NCBI GenBank assembly: GCA_054661495.1
Contig: BAAFSQ010000077.1
Span: forward strand, 1-32,000
Direction: 5' to 3'
Source: Zygophlyctis sp. KS116
Lineage: Eukaryota; Fungi; Chytridiomycota
Length of the DNA: 32,000 nucleotides
Position 1 is the first letter of the stretch. Each line of letters starts with the position of its first letter. The notes beneath the pieces were generated by a model, which saw only the letters and a program-made list of their open reading frames with translations, did not search any database and was not told the origin of the DNA. This document shows, in pieces, positions 21,721-32,000 of the stretch. Position numbers and translations under genes: made by a program.

Positions 21721-23913
21721 ATGAATAATCGTGATATAAGACCAGAAATCAATATATTTTGGCCGTTGGGCCTTTCTCATAAATCTGGATTTTTGTATGG
21801 ATGGATCGTTGAAAACTGTTGGATTGTTTGTTGTGTTGGGCCGTTGAGAGACTTGGAATTTCAATTGTCGGTTATCGGCTCACTAAATTACAATGAAAAG
21901 AGATCATCCAAGGATTGGATAGATTTAATAACTGTTGGATCTTGTCCTCAAATCAAAAATAACTTTACCGGAAGCGATTTGCAGTTTATATTGTATCATA
22001 GGCCACGATCGTATTTACAATATCTTTCAATCGACGAATTAAGCTTAAATCTGCTCTCAAAGGCTGAAACTTTCACTAAAAATGATATTCTCAAGGATAA
22101 TGTTAGTGCGCACATCAAATATCCACAAGAGTACAAATGCGTGAATATGGAGAAAATACTGGATTTGGTAAGAATTTAAACTGAATTTATTCAAGATTAA
22201 TCAGAGTAAACAGACGGAACAGATACTATTTCCTTCTACATTTTCATTGTTTATCAGATCCTTTAAAAGGATGAATAAGACTGGGAATCTTATTTGTGCT
22301 CTAGGATGGTACGCCATATGTCTAATAAGTCTATTTATAAGGATTCTAAATGGATGGATTTTATTTATTTTAAATGCAGAAATATTTTATGGTTATTCTT
22401 TAGTAAGAGTATCTGCGACATGTAAGTAGTTGATCTAAATCTTTTAGTTCAACAATTGGCGCAACGATTGGAACAAATGACATTTTGGCCATGGCAATAT
22501 TGTCTTTGGAGAATGGCTGGTAATAAAAAAACAATGTCGGCTCAAGCAAAATATATTGGGTTTTATAACTTGATTTGGTTGATTGGAAATGATTTGATTC
22601 TGGGATTTTCAATTGCTGGTTTAATATCACGAAATGAATCAATGTGTAATCATATTTTTAGTCTATGGATTAAAGTATATATTCAAATCTAATTGTTAGA
22701 AATATGTTACAAGTGATTTGAAAAATGCAATTATTTGGTTAATGGGATGGCCTGCTGGATTGAAATTGAATAAGGAATTGAATGTATTCTTGGGTAAATA
22801 GATAGTTTTAAAAAGATAGGTGATTTCTTTCTTTGGCTTATCAATCTTTCCCAAGGTAAATTACAAAAGATTGATTTTTAGTCATTTTATTTCAAATTCT
22901 GCAACATTTTCCATACTTTTTAAAATGTGTTGTATTTGGAAGATTTTTAGGTGCCTCTTTTATTCTGTCAGTATTTTCAGACTTGATCACTGTAACAACG
23001 TTTCATTTGAATTCTTTTTATGCAATCTCAAGCAAGATTTATCGATGGCAGTTATCTATAATTATTTCTTTATTTACAGTATTTAGAGGTATCATTTAAG
23101 AGATTAATGAATAGGAAGGCGTAATAATGTATTAAGAAACAGAATAGATTCTGCAGAATATGACTTGGATCAACTGATTTTGGCGGCATTGTTTTTCACG
23201 GTGCTAGTTTTTCTGTTTCCGACAGTTGCGGTCTATTATATTCTGTTCAGTGTTTGTAGAGTTGGTATTATCTTTTTTCAAGCCTTTCTTGAAATCCTAT
23301 TGGCTCTTTTGAATCATTTTCCATTATTTAGTATTCTGTTGCGATTCAAGGATCCTTATCGTGTTTCTTCTGGAATTGGCTTTGAATTGTACGATCCTCA
23401 AACGGACAGCCTTGCTTTTAACATTTTGGATTATCTCAGTTTTCCAAAACTAGAAAAGGACAAGAATTATAATCCAACAATCAAGAAAAGGGGTCGATCA
23501 CATACAAGAGGAAAAAATATACTTAAACAAGATTCTACCGTTATTAAAGAAATCAAATTAAACACATCATACCTGATCATGAAAGTAAGACAATAATCTA
23601 AATATTAGAGCGTTCCTATTACTTTTTCCTCAATATTTTACCAATATCAATACTTGGCAAATGTGTAAGTCCGAAATAATTTATAAAAATAGGATAATTA
23701 CAAATTACTTTACAAAAGCCAACTTTTCCTCAATACTATTTGGAGACAACCTTCGATACCTTCGTCATTTAAATGTATTAATTACAGTAATTCTAAACAT
23801 AGTATCCTTCTATTCCAAGTGAAAAGAATCACCAATTACCAGAGATTACAACCTTGTGGAACTTTTACTTGAATTTACCAAACAAACTCTCAAACAAGCC
23901 AAAATCAAATTAA
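21721..23913 (+). CDS. GPI1: GPI-GlcNAc transferase subunit Gpi1/PIG-Q
   Basis: IFWP, YIGFYNLIWLIGNDLILG, WLMGWPAGLKLN, NVLRNRIDSAEYDLDQL, LFFTVLVFLFPTV and LNHFPLF. The spliced final exon stops at TAA 23911-23913. Confidence 0.93.
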
Positions 23914-24946
23914 TTCCTGCAAGATTTAATAAAAGATTCCGCCAGTAACTTTTTATCTAAATTCTTTCCAATAAATACCAATTTTGATTCCCTTTCCTCA
24001 TCTTTCCATAAACTTCCCTGTTGCTGATCGTACAATTCCCTTACACCTTGAAAGATTATCTTGTTGTCTGAATCTTTAGAATTTATAAGCATTTTAAGCC
24101 TAAATATTTCCATTTCTTCAAAACAAGAACCATCAATGACTTTTTCCCATAATAAATCTCTAATCCAAATATCAATTTTATCAGTATTAAACTCCCCTTG
24201 TAAACTAAATGCAATTGTAACTACTAAACTATCAAAATGATTTACAGTCGTTGGAACTTTTTGAATTTCATCTTCTGTTCTTTTATCAAAAGAATGAATA
24301 TTTAGAACAAAATCAATTGAGACATTTGATCTTGTACACGTCTGTATTATAGCAGAACCATTTATAAGAGAAATTTTCTCCTTTATCCCTTGTAATTGAT
24401 CCAAATCTACCAAATCCATTTTATTTAGTATAATCCTATCAGCCAATGCAACTTGTTTAACTGCTTCATTGACTGCATTATCTGGTTTCTGAATTTCTAA
24501 ATATTCTAAAATGTATTTTGAGTCTACTACTGTTACTATTCCATCTAAATAAACTGAACTTTGTAATTCATCATCCAACCAAAACATTTTAGCAATCGGA
24601 CCTGGATCCGCGAGTCCATTTGTTTCTAATCTAGAATTAAATAAAATGTAAATTACAATATTGCATCAAACGATCCATCTTTTTCTAATATTTTCTCTAC
24701 AGCCAATACGCCATCTTCCTTTACCGAACAACATAAACAACCATTTTCCAATTCCAACCATTCTTCAAAAATTGCATCCTTCTTCTTGACCAAACTCTTA
24801 TCGATCCCAGCGGCCTCTCCAAATTCATTCAATAATACAGCGATTTTTATGCCATGCGTCCCATTTAAAAGATTAAGAATTAAAGTAGTTTTACCAGACC
24901 CTAAGAATCCAGTTATCAATGTAATTGGAACTTTTTTCTGATTCAT
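23910..24946 (-). CDS. COG0523/CobW-family Zn-regulated GTPase metallochaperone (ZNG1/CBWD)
   Basis: PITLITGFLGSGKTT, NEFG, ELENGCLCCSVK, ETNGLADPGP and ILNKMD; one mini-intron near 24630-24655. Confidence 0.93.
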
Positions 24947-25112
24947 CAACGATTCCTGATCCTATATCGACGCTTGATGCTTTCCAACTCCTCCTACTCT
25001 ATGATGACGCCATCCTACGCTGTCCCCTACTTGATCCATCCACCAATATCCCCTTGAACTGTCCGTCGATGGTCAGCCATGACACTGAACCTGAACCCCT
25101 TTGATTTGTTTA

Positions 25113-25175
25113 TAGTTTCGGACAAGTTTTGCTTTAGTTTCGGACAAGTCTTGAGTTAGTTTCGGACAAGTCTTG
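25113..25175 (+). repeat. Three direct repeats TAGTTTCGGACAAGT(T/C)TTG, 22-bp period, in a divergent promoter
   Basis: Copies start at 25113, 25135 and 25157. Confidence 0.9.
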
Positions 25176-25264
25176 ATACAGATCTAACAAGTTTCGGAAA
25201 TGTTCAAAAGTACGGAAATTAGGAGGAATACCAAGTAATTTACAATCAAATCACAAAACTCAGA

Positions 25265-26843
25265 ATGGGAACCTCTCAGAGCTCAATTACAAATCTAAAT
25301 TTATCAAATTCAAACTTGTCCGAATTTCCAAAAGTTAGTAAAATAGTTGAATCATTGAATTTATCTAATAATGAATTATCTACACTCTCTAGTCTTCGAG
25401 GTATTTTTTTAATATGGTTTAATTATTGTAGAATATCAAATGCTTTTCAATCTAAATTTAACGGGAAATAAGTTGGATGCTATTCCTCTTCTTCCGATTT
25501 CGATATCTTCACTATATGCTTCTAGAAATAGGTTATTCTTGTCTAGTTTGACTCATTTGGGGGATTTGGAAAGATTAGTAATATTGGATTTATCTCAGAA
25601 TGAATTAGAGTAATTTAAAATTGTTTTTAATATTAGGGATTTACCATGTTCTTTAAATGGATTGGTACAATTGAAATTCTTGTATTTAAGTGGAAATAAT
25701 TTCCATTTAGTTCCAAGAGTTATTTTTAAACTATATTCTTTACAGGTTTTAGATTTGTCATCTAATCTATTACAAGTATTGGAAGAGGATGTGGGTGGTT
25801 TAGAAAACTTGAAGGTATTTTTACTAAATTTAAAAAGAGGAATTATATATAAACAAGAATAAGATTCAAAAAATTACAGAATCAATAGGGAAATTAAGGA
25901 ATTTACAAGTCATGAATTTAAATCAGAATTTTTTAAAGTTTTTGCCAGATTCAATAGGATTTTTAGAGAAATTAAAGGATTTGGATATTTCAGATAATAG
26001 AGGCATAAAGAATTTACCAAGTACAATGTCACAATTACATGATTTATCTAAACTTGATATTTCAAGGACAGGATTTCCAAAATTACCAACTTCAATTGGA
26101 AATTTAAATGATTTAAAGGAATTTACTTGTAGAGATTTACTCTTGGCTGATAAAAGGCTTGATTTAAAGGTTTTAGAGTCTTTGGAAAAATTAGATGTTC
26201 GAGATTTGGGATTAGAGAAATTCCCAGAAACTTGTACTACTCTTTCAAAAATCAAATTTTTAAATGCCAAAAATAATAGTCTTGTAGAGGCTGAAATACC
26301 GATTGGGATTAGTAAATGGAAGGATTGTGTATATTTAAATTTGGCGTATGGTATTAATCCTTAAAAATATTAGGAAAAATAAGTTTTCTGGGATTTCATC
26401 AAGTATTTTTGGTATGACTAGATTAGTAGAATTGGATCTTTCAGACAATAATATCGAAATTATTCCAGATGAAATATCGAATTTGGAAAATCTAACAAAA
26501 TTATTTTTAAACCATAATCAGATTTCTAAACTGTCTAAATCATTGGGGTAATTCAATCTTTTAATTTGCTAACTCAAGAAATTTAAAGTTTCTAACAACA
26601 TTGGAATTAAGGGAGAATAGGATACGTGAAATTCCTTTAGATGTATGTAATTTAAGGAATTTGATTAAACTGGATTTATCAAATAACTTGCTAACAAACG
26701 TTCCCCAGGACCTTACTTTAATGACAAATTTAAAGATTTTAGATCTCAAAGGAAATAATTTTGATGATCCTGATATTCAAGTCAATTTAAGGAAATCTCT
26801 ACCTACACTACTGACATATTTATCGAAAAGGCAGGATAACTAG
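25265..26843 (+). CDS. Leucine-rich-repeat protein (LRR-only) with an N-myristoylation-like start
   Basis: Starts MGTSQS, followed by many LxxLxLxxN repeats across mini-introns; ends LPTLLTYLSKRQDN. Confidence 0.88.
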
Positions 26844-26894
26844 AAACTTTCAAGTAATTGTAACAAAAATTAAAATTATTGTAAAATATAAAAT

Positions 26895-27961
26895 CTATTC
26901 TTCCTTCTCTTCTTCTAATTGAAACTTGAAATATTCTGGATCAAATTTTTGTATTCTAACATACCCATCTTCTCCACCAGATGCAAATTCCATTCCATTT
27001 GGATGGAAAGCAATCGTATTAATGGGACCAAAATGACCCTTTAGTCTAGCTATTTCATCTTCAAATATTTTATGAAAAAATCTAAATATTAAATCTTGGA
27101 AACCACCTTGCGTCAAACTTTTCCTGTTTTGCAGAAGTTGTAGTAACTGCCATTGCATCTTGACCACCACCTAGAATAATCTAATCCATTAATCATTTTT
27201 AAAAACCTTACATGAGGTAAAATTGGAGACATTGCAGCAGAATTAACTGGTCTTTCAGTTGAAAAAGTTTTTAAAACCTTTAATGTTTCTGTTTCCCATA
27301 TTATAGCAGTATGATCTTTTGATGAAGTAATAAAATGACTTTGATCTTTACTAAATTGCATATCTGTGATAGTCCCATTGTGCTCTTTTGCATAATTTAA
27401 CTTTTCTCCAGTCTATTAAATTTAATTTCTTTTTCAAAATCCTACTTTAGCATCCCAAACTGTTATACCCCCATCGTCGTGCCCAGTATAAATCATTTCA
27501 TTTAATCCAACCCAAGATCCTGTCGTTGCTTTACTTCCTGAAATAGTAATCACTTGAAGTGGTTGATCACTAAAATCAGTCAATGAAATAATAAAAATCT
27601 TTGACAAATGCCCCATTGTAGCATCAGTAATATAAAATCCCAACTGATCTCCCATAGAAATCCCAACAACTCTTACAGCAGTTTTTGTTTCCCATTTAAA
27701 AATACATTTTCCATTAGACACATTCCATAATCGGCATGAATTATCTGCAGATCCAGTCATCATTTTACTAGAATCAAAAGAAATATCAAGATCCCAAACA
27801 GTTCCTGCATGGCCAACAAATGTTCCTAATCTTTCGCCGTTATCCGAAAACCAAACGGACGGTTGATTATCTTTAGAAATAGAGAATAATAGATCCCCAA
27901 GGCTGTTATACTTTACTTTAGTTAGCGATCGCTCATGTCCAGCCAACAGAATTGGTTTCAT
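26895..27961 (-). CDS. TIF34: Translation initiation factor 3 subunit I
   Basis: [35 protein letters not shown] and [17 protein letters not shown]. Confidence 0.96.
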
Positions 27962-28005
27962 TCTTTTCTTCCTCCTCGGCCTTCCCCTCTATTGACATAC
28001 TGTTG

Positions 28006-28845
28006 ATGGAGTCTCATGCATTGATAGCAGGAGGCATTGCCGGAATGTCGGTTGATCTTATTTTGTATCCGATCGATACTATAAAGACAAGGTAATCATC
28101 TCTTATAATTCTAGATTGCAATCAGTCAATGGCGTCAAAGTTTGTAATAAGAAATTATACTCTGGAATATCATCGGTCTTGGTGGGATCAGTTCCGTCGG
28201 CTGCATTGTTTTTTGGGACTTATGAATATACTAATAAGATTAATCATTCATCATCGAGGATTTTACAACATATGATTTCTGCATCTTTGGGTGAAATTGT
28301 GGCTTGTTTGATTAGAGTTCCAACAGAAGTTGTTAAACAGAGGATGCAGACAAGTGTTTATTCGAGTTTTAGAGGAGCGGTCGGAAGTATTTATAGGAAT
28401 TCAGGGATTATGGGATTTTATCAGGGATTTTATATGACGATATTTAGAGAAGTATTTGATTTTACTTTTAAATTTTAGATTCCATTTACTTGCATACAAT
28501 TTCCTTTATACGAGTTTTTAAGAGGGGAATGGATGATGAAATTTGGGGATATGCCGAATGCATTTGAATCTGGGATTTGTGGATCAGTTGCAGGTGGAAT
28601 AGCTGCAGGATTAACAACGCCTCTAGATGTTGTAAAGACACGAATTATGCTCTCAATGGTAAACAAGATTATAATAATTATAGGAAAAACCAAGGATTTT
28701 TTCAATGTTTTATAGTATATATAAAAAAGAAGGGATGACATCTTTTTTTAAAGGATTGGGACCAAGAGTTTGTTGGATATCATTGGGTGGTTTTATATTT
28801 TTAGGTGCATATCAAGGAGTTCGAGATTTTATAGATTTACGCTAA
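28006..28845 (+). CDS. Mitochondrial S-adenosylmethionine carrier (SLC25A26/Sam5-Pet8)
   Basis: Three PxD/ExxKxR signatures ([27 protein letters not shown]), [14 protein letters not shown] and [10 protein letters not shown]; introns include 28092-28114. Confidence 0.9.
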
Positions 28846-30254
28846 TAATTCATTTAAATTGAAAATTAAGAGATGGCATTCAAGAGATTCATCATTCTGG
28901 CAGCATTTTTGAATACAATTTCCTAAATTTTGTAGATTTAGAGATATTTTTGACAATTCAATGAGATTTTTCATTTTTAAGAATTTTAGTAAATTTAGAA
29001 TGTGAGAAATGACTTTAATACGATCTTTAAACAGTTCATTATTATTCATGATGTGATCAGAGTCTAGAGAGTAGATACTTGAATTGATATTTAGCAATTT
29101 TTGAGAAATTATAGAGTCGTAGAATGGAGTTTTAATGATTTCAGAATCTGTACTTTTAGAGATCAAATCTTTAAGTAATTGTAGCCCTGCTGTAATAACA
29201 CTTGATATAGGAGCATTAAGCATTTCTGTTAATACAATTTCAACTTGTTGATTGGATAGTCTATTAACCCATTTCTGAAATATTTTCCATGAATTAATTC
29301 GATCTTTTAGATTTGAATTACTGATCATCGATGTTAGCCATGCCTTTTATTAGGAATTTTAGATTACCCTTATTAATTTCTCTAAATCAATAGAGTCAAT
29401 CTCTTTATCATTTCCATCGTCAATCTTGTCTAAAGCAATCTTTATAAATCCAGAATTATGACTTTCAAATACTATAGATAAGTCAGATATATCGTAGTTT
29501 AAATTCAAGATACGTATCAATGAAAAAAATCGCAAATGTACGGAATCCACCACTCCATTGTTTAAAAAAACCAAGATATTAGATTCAGAAAGCTCCAACA
29601 AGTTTACAATTTGATAAATCTTTTCTTGTTTTTGATAAAGTATTCCATAATCATAAAACTTGAGTAATGAAGTTATCCACTTTGCAACAAATGAAACTCT
29701 TGCAATCCATAAATTTAAAAACAGTTGCAATTTAGCATTTGATTGTTGAATTTTACAAGGAGAGAGAATCCAATGTGCCGATTCAAAGCAAAATGTACTA
29801 ATGAATCCATTTATCCGTTCAATGTCTTTGGCATTACTAGCCTGATCAAACCAAACCAATCCTTTTTCAATTAGTAGAGTTAACGCTTCCAATTCATAGC
29901 ATATCTTATCTGGATTTACTTTATATTTAAGTACTACAGTTTAAAAATGTATTAATTCTTACCGTCCAAATATAGATTTCCATAATGTATGATCAATGGC
30001 TGATTTTGCGATTCCTCATAATCTAGAGCGGATAGAGCTTCAATACAACACATTATCATTTCTTTTGGGCTTGCATTCATTGCCAAATACTTTAGAATTT
30101 CAATCGCTTGAGGATCTTCAAGTCTTATTAAAGGAACCAAACGCTCTGCAACAGCCCAACCATTCTCTGCTAATTCCGGATGATTGGCGATTGATCGCAG
30201 AGTATCATGATTATTACAAGATTCGAAATCTCTTAAAAGATGTTTCAAATTCAT
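28837..30254 (-). CDS. Glomulin/ALF4/Ybp1-like helical protein
   Basis: N-terminal [10 protein letters not shown]...[18 protein letters not shown] and C-terminal [17 protein letters not shown] resemble this family; several exons. Confidence 0.55.
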
Positions 30255-31919
30255 TCCTTTATATTTTTCTTTTTAGAATCTGAAACGATTTGTCTCATCC
30301 TTGCATTCTTTTTAAGATCATACTGACTGATCTGATGAATTGGTTTTCTCTTGAGTGGAGCTTTCCTTGCCATTTTCTTTTCATTCTTTGACGGTTTCTT
30401 TAAATTAAGCATCCAGTCGGGAATATCACATCCAGACTGTTTCATGACATTGACAATTGTTTTTAAATATGGTAAATCATCCTTTGTAAAATAAGTAACT
30501 GCTTCACCATTTCTACCTGCTCTTCCGGTTCTACCAATTCTATGAATATAACTCTCTGCAGTTTGAGGAAAATCATAATTGATGACGAGATTTACTCCTT
30601 TGAAATCTATACCACGAGCCATTAATTCAGTTGTGATAAGTACCCAAATTTTACCACTTCTAAAGTTTGAAATAATCAAATCACGCTGTGCTCTACTTCT
30701 TCCAGAATGAATTACATCAACATTAATACCATCATAGATTAATTCTTTAAAGAGATCTCGTGCTCTATCAATAGATTGAACAAATAAAAGAACAGGAGGT
30801 TTCATTCCTTGTTGAATCAATTGACGAATAGCAATGATTTTTCCTTCTTCTTGTCCTACATATAATAATTTTTGTGTAATCGAACTTGTTGCAGCATTTT
30901 TTGCACCAATTACGATTCTTATTGGATCCTTCATAAAAGTATTTGCTAATTCTTCTACTCCAGATGATATAGTTGCACTAAACAGAGCCTTTTTAATTTT
31001 AGGACAAGTACAAGCAGCAAGTATTTCATCTACTTGATCAAGAAAGCCAATTTCCAAAAGTTTATCAGCTTCATCTAGTATAATATGAGATGCATTATCT
31101 AATTTGAGATATTCTTGCTGAATCGCATGAACTAATCTTAAAGGAGTAGAAATCAGAATATCTAAAAGATAAATTTTCCATTTTTAAAAATACCGTAATG
31201 TTTTAAAGAATCAGCCACTTGACTTGATTGAGCATTTGTAGCTTTACTTAAAACACAAATCTTGAATGGTTTTCCAACACTTAATTTGAGTATTTCCCTA
31301 TGAATCTGATTTGCCAATTCTCTTGTTGGAGATATAATCACTGCCCTAAAGCCTTGTTTCTCTGGACCTTTTAAATCTGCCAATATTGGTATTAAATATG
31401 CCAATGTTTTACCAGATCCTGTTGGAGCACAAGCAATTACTTCTCTACCATGAAGCATAATTGGAATTGCTTGCATTTGAATCGGTGTTGGAGCTGAAAA
31501 TGACTTTAAAACATTTTTCTTGATGTATGATTTGAATTTAAACCTATTTTTTAACTTTAAAACCATACTTTTCAAACAATTGACCAAATGATGAGAATGG
31601 ATATGGAACATCATTCCCATAAACTCTAATTTTGTATATTTTTCTAAATCTACCGACTTGATCATCATTTCCCAGTTCAACTTTTTCCTCTTGTAATCAG
31701 AATATTTAAAAATGAATTACCTTGATCATTAACTTTCTGATCATTAAAAGTCTTTAAAGTCTTGATCTCTGCATCTTTGCCATCATTAAAAAAATCCAAC
31801 TCTGGACTCAACACATTTGAAACGATTGGCAGACTACTACTTGATGCTTTTTCTGCATTAGATGCTATTGATGCATTATTGAATTTTATCCCAGTTCCTA
31901 GTATTTTAAAGATATCCAT
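30251..31919 (-). CDS. ROK1: DEAD-box RNA helicase Rok1/DDX52
   Basis: MDIFKIL start, PTPIQMQ, APTGSGKT, PTRELA, DEAD, FSAT, KPPVLLFVQS and HRIGRTGRAGR. Confidence 0.95.
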
Positions 31920-32000
31920 CCCAACGGTCAAGACTCGACGGCTAAAATTCTATGGCCAGACCTTGCACTCGAAATGAACAGTCAAACCAACATAAAATAT

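Noticed and set aside
25113-25175. CRISPR-like array
   Set aside because: Spacers are only 3 nt, the context is eukaryotic, and there are no cas genes.
9468-31919. Fragmented ORFs as pseudogenes, frameshifts or an alternative genetic code
   Set aside because: The breaks I checked are bridged by short GT-AG introns that restore conserved frames; TAA, TAG and TGA all act as stops.
10622-31977. Antisense or shadow ORFs (e.g. 11508-11879, 14768-15127, 18396-18632, 25923-26270, 29996-30283)
   Set aside because: They lie opposite well-supported genes and show no recognisable motifs.

Overview
This is eukaryotic, AT-rich, extremely compact genomic DNA in the standard genetic code. It carries many tiny GT-AG introns (about 23-33 nt) and very short, sometimes negative, intergenic distances. 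The gene content fits a flagellated, early-diverging (chytrid-like) fungus, which is an inference. Genes include SCAPER, two DM13-like GPI-type surface proteins, a UBAP1-like protein, flagellar CFAP57/WDR65, Pol5, RSL1D1, TBCK, Gpi1/PIG-Q, ZNG1/CobW, an LRR protein, eIF3i, a SAM carrier, a glomulin/Ybp1-like protein and Rok1. Two structural anomalies stand out. (1) A near-perfect head-to-tail 3,946-bp tandem duplication (1452-5397 / 5398-9343) has a blunt junction. (2) A 316-bp segment bounded by TA direct repeats sits inside a SCAPER exon. Removing it restores the SCAPER frame. Circularising it creates a complete 92-aa signal-peptide-bearing, 10-Cys ORF whose halves lie in permuted order in the chromosome. 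All protein family calls come from recognising motifs by eye; no database search was run.
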